The position numbers and the translations under genes were made by a program. A DNA stretch of 63,982 bases, counting the filler, from Reticulomyxa filosa (Eukaryota > Protista > Foraminifera): assembly GCA_000512085.1 (NCBI GenBank). It is 18 parts of 18 records of this genome, joined end to end, with 100 filler letters (N's around TTAATTAATTAA, not from the genome) between each part and the next. Parts side by side here need not be neighbours in the genome. Positions count along the whole stretch, not along the records: positions 34,623 to 38,715 come from ASPP01003274.1; positions 38,816 to 40,826 come from ASPP01048669.1; positions 40,927 to 45,385 come from ASPP01008483.1; positions 45,486 to 46,565 come from ASPP01046081.1; positions 46,666 to 49,472 come from ASPP01028505.1; 13 more parts are not named here. The stretch is one strand, 5' to 3'. The notes below the pieces were generated by a model. The model saw only the letters and a list, made by a program, of their open reading frames with translations. It ran no database searches and had not been told where the DNA came from. Position 1 is the first letter of the stretch. Every line of letters starts with the position of its first letter. Shown here piece by piece: positions 35,020 to 48,116 of this stretch.

Positions 35020-35596
35020 CGAAATGAACTACGTTTGCGAATTCCCTTGCTGGTATTGCAATATGCCATAAGCAAGCAAGGCTTTTACGACAGTCGCCTT
35101 CGCTCATTTATGAAGTCGTTGCTTGTGTACTGTGCTGGATGCGGACGTGAGGGCGAACAATTGTGGGCGCTGTTTGCAAATGAAGAGTCGATGTTCGGAC
35201 TCATTTTGCAAGTGCTGCTGCTGCAAAAGAAGGACGCGAAAAGCTCGACCAAGTCTTGGAAGCGGTGGCTGAAAATTGGCGGCGTGGCGGTCATCGGGGG
35301 AGGCCTTATTGCCTTGACAGGTGGACTCGCAGCGCCAGTCATCGCCATCGGCGTGGGCGCCATTGGACTCACTGCCACCGGCACCTTCCTGCTCACTGCC
35401 ACTGGCACCACCACTTTGTATCTCTTGTTCGGCGCCGCCGGCGCGGGATACACCGCGAAAAAGATGAACAATAAGTGTGGGGAAATCACTGACTTTGAAT
35501 TTATACATGTGTCTCCTCGCATCACTGGATTGAATGTTATCATTGGTTATACATACTTCTCTCCTTAACATATACATATATGTATACATATACGTA

Positions 35597-35630
<34 letters not shown>

Positions 35631-36302
35631 CTTTCCCCTCCCCCCCCCCTTTCTCATATTGTGTTGAATAAAAATCATTTGTTTCGTTTGATGATATCCA
35701 AGGAATTAGCGGATGGCTCGAGGAAGACCCGATGGAACTTTTGATTAAACACGCCTGCAAACGTAAGCGACGAAAGCGACACAAGGCCAAGGCGGACAAG
35801 TCGCAAGTGGTTTCCAGCGTCGACAAGAGACCCGAAGTTTCATCATCGAATCCAACGACTCAAGTTGGTGATAGTGTCAATAAGAATTCAAGAGTCGATG
35901 ATGATGATGATGATGATGATGATGATAGCAGTGATGACAACGACAGCGATGACAATGACAATAACAATGACAATGAAGAAAAAGAAAAAGAAGGAAAAGA
36001 AGAAGAAGAAGAAAAAGAAGAAGACACTCGATACACAGAATGGCATCGCTATTGGGATAATGTGTTTGGAGAGGAATGCATGGACGTTCAATCTCGCTGC
36101 GATTGCTACGCTTTGCAATGGCAGTCGGAACAATTGTATGCGCTGGGCCAAGGCATTAACGCCTTCGTTGGCCAAAAGGCACTCACCGCCGGTGTTGGGC
36201 GTGGTGTTACGTACGGCCTGGGATACACCGCTTTTGCGACCTTAGTGAGTGCATTGGCATGGCCTGTTACTTTATTGCAAGTCGCCGATGTGGTATGCTT
36301 TG

Positions 36303-36339
<37 letters not shown>

Positions 36340-36738
36340 AAATTTAAAAAATTCAATTGTTCATTCAATTTGCTGTTGTTGATATTTACCGACATGGCTA
36401 GATCGATAATCCCTGGTCTGTTGCACTGAGTAAAGCGCGAGAAGCCGGGAAAGTCTTGGCAGACGCTTTGGCGAATGGTAATCACGGACGGCGTCCAGTG
36501 ACGCTCATTGGATGGTCACTCGGAGGACGTGTGATTTACTACGCACTGGAAGAATTGTGGAGGCGACAAAACAAGAAAAAACGAAAGCATACCAAACATA
36601 ACAGCGAAGACGAACATGCAATTGAAAATGACGATGGCGATCATATTACCAATGCCAACAATAGCAATAATAACAATGATCACAATGAAAAAGATGCAAG
36701 TAGTAGTGAAGAAGAAGATGAAAAGAATAGTGATAATG

Positions 36739-36769
<31 letters not shown>

Positions 36770-37262
36770 CAATAACAATGACAATGACAACGATAATGAT
36801 AATGATGATAAAACTGGACAGATGGCACATACTGAAATCAAAACAACTGACTCACGAGAATCCAGCAGGTCAAACTTGGCTGCAACTCAGGAAAAAAGTG
36901 ATGCCAAAACACACAATGACAACGAAAAAAAGAAAGAAAATATAACCGAAGTGGACTTGAAGAGCATCGTTGAAAACGTCATTTTGTTGGGTGCGCCTTG
37001 CACGGCCAATAAAAAAAAATGGACCCATTTGCGATCGATGGTGTCGGATCGAATCATCAATTGCTTTTCTGTCAATGATTGGGTACTCAAGTTTTTGTAT
37101 CGAACACACAATGTCACCACTAGCGTTGCCGGCTTGCAGCCTATTCGCGTCCATGGCGTTGAAAATCTCGACATCAGCACAGTCATATCTGGACATAGTC
37201 AATACTTCAACAAGACAAAACACGTCTTGGCCTACTTGTTGTCCAACGGAGTTTATGTGTAG
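34623..37262 (+). CDS. TMCO4/DUF726-family transmembrane alpha/beta-hydrolase-like protein (5' truncated)
   Basis: YDSR.R; GGGLIALTGGLAAP; FGAAGAG; ALAWPVTLL..A..IDNPW; GRRPVTLIGWSLGGRVI; VENVILLGAP; VSDRIINCFS.NDWVL; GHSQY. Confidence 0.88.
34953..35016 (+). repeat. (AAT)n trinucleotide repeat encoding poly-Asn
   Basis: In-frame run of more than 20 Asn. Further Asp/Asn-rich runs at about 35897-35975 and 36730-36810. Confidence 0.9.
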
Positions 37263-38506
37263 TCTTTTTTTTTTTTTTGTGCCACAATTTTCAATTTTAT
37301 TTTTTCGTGCCAGTGTTGGTTTGTTTACGGCTTTGTCTTTGCATTTTTTTAAAGTGAATGTCCTAGAAAGGTAGTTGTGTTTCAATACATCATATTGATT
37401 TTCTGCAACAGTAAACAAAGCACTTTGTGTATCCGTTTCCGACACTCGTTTTTGAAGACCGATTAGAAAGATTTTGTGGACAATTTTTAAAGTCGAACTA
37501 CACAAAAACATACTTTGCTGCACCACAAAACATTAACACAACAAAAAATCCATTTAGCTATAATTCGACGTATACAATGTCAAATAACTTCAATCATGTC
37601 CGAAACTCTTAGAAGAATAGTTTACTTTAGCAAATACTGATTTTTACCAACAAGTTTAAATCACTTCATTCTAAATACAAACACGAATTGACTACAAAGT
37701 TGCTTCAACGTTTTTCTGGCATCATTGCAATTATTTTCTATGTTAGCTTTTTCGATTTTCTTAGCATGGACTACTTTCTACGTCTGGCGCGTACTGTTTA
37801 GGGGAGCTAGTCATTACAAAAAAACCAGTCTGTTTTGATCAGCATGTTAATACTATTGCTTCGAACTAGTCTTCTTAAGCGAAGATATGTTCACCATGAT
37901 ATAGTATCGATACAAATCGACATGCCGTATGTGAAGTTGACATCAATTTACAGTTAGTAAAGAAAACTTTACGTAGATTATTGTCACTTGAATATAAGAT
38001 TATGAAATTATAATGACCACAACGTTGTTACAGTATATACTAACTATGTTATAGTATTTTAAAGCAATATACTTGATTTATTGTCTAATGATTACGACAA
38101 TTTTGCTACGAATTTCTATTTCGATATTTAGACTTGAAACATGATATGTGTCCAGATATGCAAATCGATTTGGACATGTTGAATTATTCATTCAATTGAC
38201 CATTTACACTGGATATTCTAAATAATATTGTGATTCTGTAAATAAGAGTTACATAAAAATATCACTTGGCTTTGTAGTGTGAATGAACAGTTAATTTAAA
38301 TATGAATAAGCATTATACTAAGATATCATTAACATTCGAACTAGTCATTACTTAGTGACAATATAGTTTATATCACTAAATATACTTGTGATAAAACCGA
38401 ACGTAATGACATTAACAATACTTTGTATATTTTCGCAGTCTTGCTACAATTACTTGTTGTATTTGCATTATAAAATGGAAACGAATATATGTTCATGCTA
38501 CAATAT

Positions 38507-38640
38507 GTTGCAAAGAAAGCTGAACGCATAAAACGATATCTTATATGATAATTGATTTTCTCAATGAAAAATCAACATTTAGACCTAATTTTTTTAAAAA
38601 AAAATATATACAAATATTGTAGTTTTTAAATATGAAATTG
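38507..38640 (+). mobile_element. Degenerate copy of the MITE family A terminal inverted repeat
   Basis: GCAAAGAAAGCTGAACGCATAAAACGATATCTTAT..ATTGATTTT..GAAAAATCAACATTTAGAC..CAAATATTGTAGTTTTTAAATAT aligns with 42870-42988. Confidence 0.6.
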
Positions 38641-38815
38641 ATTTTTTAATAACTTTTTTTTTTTGTTGGACGAAATCAACATTCTTTCAAATAATTTTAT
38701 CCAACAAAAAAAAAANNNNNNNNNNNNNNNNNNNNNNNNNNNNNNNNNNNNNNNNNNNNTTAATTAATTAANNNNNNNNNNNNNNNNNNNNNNNNNNNNN
38801 NNNNNNNNNNNNNNN

Positions 38816-39700
38816 ACTCGCATGATTACCTTTGCATAATATACATCTTTGTCTTTTTTGTTCTTTTTGTGGAAACAGTCTTTTTCTTTACACAATCTTT
38901 TGCGAAGTGGTTCAGTCCGAAACAATTCTTGCATTGGTGGAAATGTGATCTTGGTCTACTTCGAAATTTATCGAAGTATTCGCATTCTGCCACATTAAAT
39001 CCAATACAAATTTTTTCTCTTGTATGGCTCGTTTTGCATCTTTGGTATTTGAAAAGGTTACCTTGACCATTGGTAAACCTTTAAATCCTTCCACTTTCTC
39101 AACATTAAACTCCAACAATTTTATTGATTTCTGGATTTGTTATTTCTTCTTTTCTTCTGTTTCTGCTCTTCTACATATCCAAAGTTGTAGATGGAGTTCT
39201 TTGTCTTTTCTTCTTTTCTTTTTGTTCATTTTCTTGTTGCATTTCATTGAAATTATTCACAAGATTCTCCAATTGTTGTTGTGTTGTCTAGGTTTGAAAA
39301 TGCACAAATATAGTCTCCAAGTCATTGAAAATGTATGTGCTTTAATCGACGCTGCCAATGTCTTTCCTTTTTTTCCAAATATCTTCAATATAGATGTCTG
39401 TGATTTCCAGAAAAAGTCCTTTCTGACCTTCATTTTCAGCTTCCAAAAATTCTTTTCGTTTATTTCTTCGCTTTTCTTTTCTTCTTTTTGTTTCTGTTTC
39501 TCGTTCGATTGATGTTCTTGTTTATTTTGGATTGATTGCATTTAATTCAGAACATCTTTTTGTTTGTTGGTTCTGCTTTGCTGTCATCTTCAACTTCAGA
39601 CAGTCCTCTTTTTCTGTCTTTCTTTTACAAGCTCAAAATACGGGCTAATAAAAGCAGAAATTCTTTTATGAGCCGGTGTTTCTAGCTCTCGATTATGTCT
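38816..39700 (-). mobile_element. Non-LTR (LINE) retrotransposon ORF1/gag-like remnant, frameshifted
   Basis: RRM-like LPMVKVTF..KDAKRAI, then in another frame the Zn knuckle QCKNCFGLNHFAKDC (CX2CX4HX4C), and CILCKGNHAS. Confidence 0.75.
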
Positions 39701-40039
39701 GCAAAGGGAATATATACAAACCCGTAACAACCTCACTAAAGAATGAGAGTGCTGACTATATCTTGATTTGGCCGGCAAGCCTTGCCAAACGGCTTTCTTG
39801 TTAGCATTTTGCTCGATAAAAGACTCTTTCTTTTAACCGCGCGTGGAAGACCGACGACAACCACCCAAATAAACTGCAACAAATAAGTTGCCACAAAAAA
39901 TAACAAAGTGATGAAGACACACGAATTGTATAATACTAAAAAAAAAACTTTATACCACTATAAAAAAATTTTTCCAAAGTATTTCTTTCTTTTCTTGTTC
40001 GCTTGCTTTTCCTTGACTTGCGCGAAATTTCTTGACTGA

Positions 40040-40460
40040 TATCGTCACAAAATTTCAACTTCTCCATTTATTCGACCAAATGGATACTTCATCCAGACTT
40101 GCTGTAATAATTGTAATTGATTGTCCATCTCATTAACATCACTTGTAAATATTGATTGGACCACTGTCGGTAGATCATTGATATATAATAGGAACAATAT
40201 TGTGGATATCCTTGAGGAACACCAGTATTAAATTCCATCCATTCTGAATTGTTCCATTCAATACTACTCTTCCAAGTCGATCTGATAAGAAGCTGTCAAT
40301 CCACCAATACAATCTTCAATCTAATTTAAATTCATTTCTTATTTTATATCTCAATCCATTTCTCCAAACACTGAATTACAATCGAAAGACTTGTGAATCG
40401 TCTCAACCCATTCGAAAATTCCATCCAAATAGGAATACCAATGAATCAATCATTGCATTA
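40040..40460 (-). mobile_element. Degenerate LINE reverse transcriptase fragment
   Basis: FNTGVPQG (about 40210-40232) followed by LFLLYINDLP; the YADD region appears deleted; frameshifts. Confidence 0.7.
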
Positions 40461-40926
40461 CCACCATTCTTAAGCTTTGACTTAATATCTGCTAATTCAC
40501 AATATCTTGACAACATTCTCGGTCTTGGAATCGTTTTACTTCTTGTATTTGATATCCATAATCTTCCAATGTCTCCTTGATTTCGCACTCGCTTTCGCGA
40601 GTTGATAGGACATATCTATTCACTTCATGATTAGTCATTGGTTTTCTTTTTGTTTCATTTGTCCATCCTTCGCATTATTGAAATTTTGAGCTAGATGAAT
40701 TAGTTGCTGCTCATTAACATCAACTTCAAAATGAACAAATAATGTCCGAAAATTTCCAGAAAATGTATGCGCTAATACTTTTCTGGACAACGCATTCTTG
40801 TTTCTTAATCCAAGGAACTTAATCACNNNNNNNNNNNNNNNNNNNNNNNNNNNNNNNNNNNNNNNNNNNNTTAATTAATTAANNNNNNNNNNNNNNNNNN
40901 NNNNNNNNNNNNNNNNNNNNNNNNNN

Positions 40927-40963
<37 letters not shown>

Positions 40964-41089
40964 GGAGGAGGGGCAATTAATTTCAAAAAAAATTCTTTTA
41001 ATGTGCAAAAAAAAAAAAAAAAAAAAGGGGGGGGGGTACGCATTCAATTCTTTTTTTTTTTAAAATTAATTCTAAAAAAAAAAAAACCA

Positions 41090-42104
41090 ACCATTTCATA
41101 GTTGAGGAGAGATATGGAATGCCATTAACTACACATTCTTTGTTATGAAACACAACACGAGTGTTTGTGGACGGCGCCTCAAATAATAGGTACTGCTTGC
41201 GTCCGCTCCCTCGTGTGGTCAAATGCACAGAACCTGTGTCGAGCTCTTTTCCACAGCCTTCACAACGATGTCCACTACCGTGTGTTAGACCCTTTGGTCG
41301 CAGCACAAAGCCTTCAAGCCATTTCTCTTCATTATTTTGGTCAGTATTACTTTGTTGCTATTTATAATTTGTTCATTTATTAATTTTTTTTTTTTTGTGT
41401 AAAATTATTGTTATAATTATATATACATACATGTGTATGTGTATATGTGCATATGCATATAATTAACTGATACGATTGATCGCAAATGAATCATTGGATG
41501 ATTTTCGAGCAAATGTTTTTTGGATCAGTATTCGTATAGCAATGTCTTTCATAATATCTAGTACCAAATGCAAGTGCTTTTTCTTGTGCGCATCGTTTTT
41601 GATATGGTCGGTCACGGCATGATAGAACACTCCATACATATACAAACTTTGCCCCTTTGTACTCCTCTCTTTAGTCACTGTTTTCACCGAATCGCTGTCA
41701 AATAGCTGGATTATCGTCTCTGGTCCCATCTCTTCTATTGTCTGCACTTGATTCACTAAAACACTCTCGAATTCCATTTGCTCCAGCCAACTCTGAGTTG
41801 CCTTCGAAAAGTGCACTTTTTTTCCTGACGGTTTATTGCTTCCACTTTCTGCATGCTTCAACAACACTTCAAGAAATGCGTTCACCACTGTGTCCCATTC
41901 TGGAACTTCTTTCAAGTCTTGAATGAAATATTTTTCAATAGTTTGATAGCGGTGCTCAATGCTGTCCATTGCACTCTCTACACTTTCATCCTGAAATAGT
42001 GCTTCCGCTGTTGTTTTTTTGAGATTGGTTCCAACTCTGACTGATTGAAGCAATGAGAAAAATTGATTTGTTCGTCGCTTGTCTTTGTTCGAATCATCAT
42101 CCAT
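41090..42104 (-). CDS. Hypothetical protein; second exon carries a possible C2HC zinc finger
   Basis: 213-aa ORF from ATG 42104, a TA-repeat intron, then an exon with RCEGCGKEL...FHNKEC. Confidence 0.5.
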
Positions 42105-42860
42105 CTTTTGTTCCGATTTTTACAAGCACGAAATTATTTAGCAACAACGCCTGAACACTAAAGACCCACCTAATATTTGGATTCACTCCATATGTGGTGA
42201 TATTTGATAACATTAGCACACATGTAAACCAATTTAAATTTACCACAAATAACGTTACGTATTTAATTCTCTTGCTCTTATATTTAATTTTTTAGTTTTG
42301 CTGAAATTTGTTCAAAATAAGAAATTTTTATTACATTTTGTGCCAGTGACACTTCTTACAATTTATCTTTTCTACAATTTATAGGTCCATCTTTCACATT
42401 TAAAAATTGCAATTGTATTTTTGTTAGACTTTTAAAATTTTTTAGAAAATAACATATTCGTTGCAATGAATAATTACATTTTTTTGTTGACTAAATAATG
42501 TTCGATAGATGAGCGAAAAAAAGCACAATAATTTTCACATATACGAGACAGCGCAATATTAAGTATTTAATTTCATTTTTTCGCGAACTTCAGTTGTATC
42601 TTTGCCAGTCCAACATTAGTTTCTTGCAAAAAAAAAGTACAAACATATACATCAATACTAGTAGCAAAAGTGTTTTATAAAAAAAACATTCATAGAATAT
42701 TTATTGAATAATTTATTATTTATTTAAAAATTAAATTAAAGTAATATTTAAAAATATGATTAACACATATCTAATTTGGTTTCTTCAAAATTTCTTTGTT
42801 TTTACTTTATGTAATAATAATTTCGTCAAATTCATCGATAAATCTGGTTTAGAAGATATA

Positions 42861-43369
42861 CAGTAGAATGCAAAGTAAGTTGACACATAAAACGGTATCT
42901 TATAGATATTATTGATTTTTATCATGAAAAAACAACATTCAGACTAATTTTTTAAAAATATCTGCAAATAGTGCAGTTTTTAAATATCATTTTGTTTTTT
43001 TATTAAATCTTTCCTAATTGTTTAAAAAATTTGAATATTTTATTGATTTTCGAGAGAAAGTTGACCATGAAATTTGTCAACTTTTTTTAAAGTATTTTTA
43101 GAAAGTGATCAATACGTAATCATTTTTTTTAAAAAATAAAAATGATTGAAAAATACAAATATCAAACTATACTGAGCTAAAAAAAAAAAAATAAGTACAA
43201 AAATATTGAAGTAATTAGTAAATAGATAATAAAATAAAATAATATTAAAAAACTACAATATTTGTAGATATTTTAAAAAATTATGTGTAAGTGTTGTTTT
43301 TTCGTGAATAAAATCAATTATCTATATAAAGTGATGTTTTATTTGTCAACTTTATTTTGCATTCTACTG
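42861..43369. mobile_element. Complete MITE (family A), about 510 bp, with ~130-bp imperfect TIRs, CAGT...ACTG ends and TA flanks (Tc1/mariner-like)
   Basis: Left end TA|CAGTAGAATGCAAAGTAAGTTGACACATAAAAC...; right end ...GTTTTATTTGTCAACTTTATTTTGCATTCTACTG|TA. No coding capacity. Confidence 0.8.
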
Positions 43370-44822
43370 TATATCTTCTAAACAAACAAAGATATAAACA
43401 TCAAATTTTATGTAATTGAACAACAGTATAAGTTCAATATTTATATAAAATTACATACTTGTGACTTAAGTATAGTCACTTTACTTTGTATTATACTGTA
43501 TATTTCGTTTCTGAACAAATCACTTGAACAAATGATAGAATGACTTTTCTTGTTTAAATTGTGTGGAGTTTTTGCATTGATTATATATAGTTTGTACTAT
43601 GAATCGAAATTTGTGTGTTGTTATGACAAAGTATCTGTTGTTGAAACGGCAGTAACTTTTTTTGTTTTCTGGGTACTGTTCAGCATATGTATAAGCTATG
43701 ATGTTGTCATTGACTATCATCCAGCATCGCTATCGAATTGTATTTTGGATGGCGCTTCTGCGATCATTACAAAATTCATTTTGGTACAAGTGTTACTTTG
43801 AGCAATCAAATGACAGTATACGTGCTAAACTTCAATACGTACAAATAGACATGTACTTATCATTTGATCAGTCGACACAACATTCGCGTCCAGCTTAGTA
43901 ATCTGTTATTATCTTTTAAAAGTTGTCCAAATGCTATTGTATTGTTGGAAGCTGGAATTTTTTATCTGTCGATTGTGTGTCCATTTTATTTTTTATTTCT
44001 GATCTCTTTTTAAATTATTCCAATGAAATAAACATAGACAAAAAGTAAAAGTTGAAAATTAAAATGTAATCACAATGATTGGCATTATAGGGGGCAAACA
44101 TCGACACTATCTCGCAATCCTTGGAAATGTAAAAAAATATGTTGTTCATTTGCAGTAAAACAACTCATACAGCCAGTGACTTAGCAGACACTTGCTCTTT
44201 CGTTGAATAAACGTTTGTACAAGTAGTAGTTTTCATAACTAACATGTTTCATTTTACTATATCATTTTGTTGTTAGATTGCTTATTATACTATATGCACA
44301 TATACAAGCCAATATAACTACGTTCTTGCGTTATTAAATGTGGGTTACACACTAGAATTTTTTGTATGTTAGATTATTTGAGTTTAATGACATTAGTATA
44401 TTTGATACAATTTGTAGAAGATTTTCAATGTTAATGGAAGATAAATCTCACATCATTGTAAAGTTTTGTACTCCATCACTTAATTTAATTCCTCATGGAT
44501 ATCTCTACATAAGGTTTTTTCCTCCAACTTTTATCATCTGAGTAATACAAAAACAAAGAAAGGCGATTGAGGGAAAACTATGTTACAAAACTCCATTTGT
44601 GTTGTTACAAGAAGATTCAAATTCTAGGACGTCACAAAAGAGTGCTGTACTTTACAAGTGTCCCAAAATAATTTGTCTATAGTAAAAACTCTGGGACACT
44701 CCTTAGAGATCTGTCAAATGTCTGAAATCTCTATTCTCCCTCATTCTGAAATCGGTATACATCGTCAAATTAATCCCTCGCCCTTGCTTGTGACCAGTGA
44801 CGAATGGTCCAAGATAAAGTAG

Positions 44823-45313
44823 TTGCAACTTGTGTTTTCACAAACTCGTACAAAAAAAAAAGGTATATTTATCAACAGCAACAAAAAAAATGACAACAGA
44901 AAAGAGCAGGCGGGACAAAGATTAAAATATTGGAAGAGTTTGATATCTGCGGAGGAGAAAGTGAATGAGGTGTTTCAAAAACTGAAAAAAAGGTACATAA
45001 AGCCTTTACGTGTATTGGAATGCAAGAGCATGTCACCCCTTAAAAAAACGAAAGACGAGCCTCAAGTGAGCAAACAAGATCATAGGACGTTGTTCCGTGA
45101 CATTGAAATTATGGAAAAGTTGTCCACACAATTTTTGAGAGGTGCACACGCGCGCGTACATATGACAAACAAATAAACGAGCAAACAAGTATTTTCAAAA
45201 CAAGTAATAAAAACAAACAAACAAAAAAAAAGAATTGAAAGAAAACGACAGCAATGGAGAATCACAATATGAACTGGATCTGGGCATATTGTATACGTTC
45301 TGTCCATATTTTG
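44823..45313 (+). CDS. Divergent RhoGEF (DH domain)-like fragment
   Basis: RLKYWKSLISAEEK...LKKRYIKPL...LFRDIEIMEKLSTQFL, then DLGILYTFCPYF, follows the DH helix pattern. Truncated. Confidence 0.45.
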
Positions 45314-47864
45314 TAATGCACAAAAAGTTACAAAAAAAAAAGGGGGCAGGGGGGGGGGGGGGGGAGGAAGGAAGTTGCAATATACNNNNNNNNNNNNNNN
45401 NNNNNNNNNNNNNNNNNNNNNNNNNNNNNTTAATTAATTAANNNNNNNNNNNNNNNNNNNNNNNNNNNNNNNNNNNNNNNNNNNNTCTAAACCTTAATGA
45501 TGGACAAAACAGAATTTGCAGCAATATATCAATTACTTTTTTTTACATCAACACACTCATTTATCTCAAACCTACCTTATGCGTCCTATTCTTGGACTAG
45601 CCCAACATACAAAAGTAAAAAAAATGAAAAAGCACATTTAACAAAAAAATTCTTAACTTACTTGAACTTGAAGAATGACATGTTCTAAAATAAAAAATAC
45701 CTTTTGTCATAGATCCATCAACAAATGTTAAGCGCCATGATACAACAAATAGGTGCAGATTTAAGAACTTCAACACAAAAATCCTATACATTTGTTGATA
45801 ATGATGTTGGAACTCCCATAAATGAAAAAAAAATGTTCACTTTGACAAGTTCCTTTTTTCTAAATTAAATGACTGGATTGCAGAAAGACTTTAGAATCAA
45901 AATTTATAATGCAATTACAAAATAAATGATATTTGAATTTTTTTTTCAAAATTGTATATTCTATTTTAATCAGAAATATAAAAGAGTTTCAAAAATATTT
46001 TTACATTAAATAGATAAAGATTAAAACTTTATAACAAATCAGCAATTTACATAGAATGCTTTATTTAAATGCATTAAATAAATTTTTCCATTTGTTTTTT
46101 TAGTAAAGATTATTTTTTCTTTTTCTTTGAAAAATGAAAAGTATATTTATTGTTATAAGTATTTTATCATTGTATTTTATTTTTGGCCCTTTTTTTTAAT
46201 TTGAAAAAAACAACTATTCATCATTGAGAATGATAATGTTGATATGTGTTCAAATCATGTCCTTTCAAACAGATGCGAAGTCGTACTTTGTTTTGAACTA
46301 CTACAGATGTTAGTTGCCGAGATTGATATGGATTTGTGACATTTACACTACTTTGATATTATCTACATAGACTCAAAACAATCATATGTATATATAATGT
46401 CTTGATTTGTTTTTTTTGCACGTACAATAAAAAAAGGTCCACCAAATAAGAAACAGAATTGGCGCAACAGCGCAAGTCTGCGAGTAGCCGATGTTACATG
46501 CAAAGTTGAAGCAGTAAATGGGCAATATAATTCCAACTTGAAACAATAACAAAAAAATATCAGTANNNNNNNNNNNNNNNNNNNNNNNNNNNNNNNNNNN
46601 NNNNNNNNNTTAATTAATTAANNNNNNNNNNNNNNNNNNNNNNNNNNNNNNNNNNNNNNNNNNNNATGCGACTGAATTAAAAAAAAAAATAATAATGATA
46701 ATAATAATTAATAAGATATGAATTGGGGAAGATTGGAGTTGGAGGGTTATACCTTCAGTGATGACTTACCCAACAATTACGTGTCTATGCGAGAAAAAAC
46801 GTGTTGAGAGGTAATTGTGGTATGAGACACTGATGAGCCTTCTATTAAAGTCCTTAGCCGGTAGAGAGGCAATGCTGTCAGGATATTGCAAGTCTCCAGC
46901 ATTATAGGGCGACTGTCGATAAGTTGTTAAGAATGACTACAAGTCTCCGGCCCTATACATGCGACTGTAGAGAGGCAATACGGACATGCGAAATTGATCT
47001 CCCGGTACGCGATGTGAGATGTGACTGTTAACGGTCATGAGTCTCCAGCATCAGAATCACGATACCCACCCAATCTTGTCTTTTTATTTGTTTTTTTTTC
47101 ACTTTCTAATGCTCTTCCAACTATGTTCATGCCGATCACGATGTCGACCGTTAAACGACCATTTTGTTCCAAAGATACGTTTATGTTTATATTCTCATAT
47201 GCTTTTTTTCTTTCCACAAACTTCATCTTCTATTTTTGTTATAAATTGGCATTCAGTTGGTGGTTATGTGTTGTGTCAAGTGGTGCATTGTTGTGGGTCA
47301 TTGTGGTTTGTGGTGATTGTTGCGTGTTATGGTGGGTCATTACGCAATATTGGATTGTTGTGGGATGATGGTAATTGATGATTATTGATTATGGTTGGAT
47401 TGGTTTTGAGATATTAAAAAAAACAGAAGCAAAGGCCCCTCGTTTTTGTGATTTTTTTCCGTTGATATTGAAATGACGGACACTTTGTTATTTTGGTATT
47501 TGAAAAAGGTAAAATTGTTTTTACTTTAAAAAAAGATATAATGTAAATTTAAAAACTGTGTACAATTTGTTTTCCACCACAAAAAGGGTGTTATCCCATT
47601 TGAAATGGAGGATTCACAAAATACAAAGAAGAAAAGAACATTGTAGAAAACATTTTTGGGACAACTAACTTTGGACTGTCCTTCTAAGCGACGAAAATTA
47701 CAATAACATTTTTAGTATGTTGAACTTTGACGTTACAAAGCTGTTTTTTATTTCTATATCTCAATCAATTGCAAGTACTTGAACACATTTTTCTTTTTTG
47801 TGCAAAAGAGCTTATTTAAAGAATTTTTCCAAAATACTTGAGAAAAACGTTTGCATATAAATAA

Positions 47865-48116
47865 ATGGCAACAACAAGCGAATTCGGTGAGAGTTCCGGC
47901 AAAAAACGGATTGACCGGAAGCAATGGTTGCATGAGAATAAATTGAGTGATGTGAAGCAAATGTTTGATGAAAGAAGCATATATATTGAGTTGACAGAAT
48001 TTGAAGAAGAGGAACTAAATGAATTTGCGAAGGACATTGGACTGGACACGCTCCAAAGACGAAAGTTCGTGAAAGTAATTTTTTCATTAGTGCAAAAGGG
48101 CGTGGAAACTGTATAG
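47865..48116 (+). CDS. SAM-like domain ORF, possibly a pseudogene
   Basis: WLHENKLSDVKQMF....I.IEL....EELNEFAKDIGL....RRKFVK fits a SAM-like pattern; early stop. Confidence 0.4.
   Translation: MATTSEFGESSGKKRIDRKQWLHENKLSDVKQMFDERSIYIELTEFEEEELNEFAKDIGLDTLQRRKFVKVIFSLVQKGVETV

Noticed and set aside
29897-37262. Apparent gene clusters across the window (e.g. NLR next to RNA polymerase; TFIIA, EDEM and TMCO4; Piwi with HDAC)
   Set aside because: The genes are separated by artificial spacers, so adjacency between contigs carries no information.
43520-43900. Small ORFs beside the MITE as a possible transposase
   Set aside because: No DDE or HTH motifs are recognisable.
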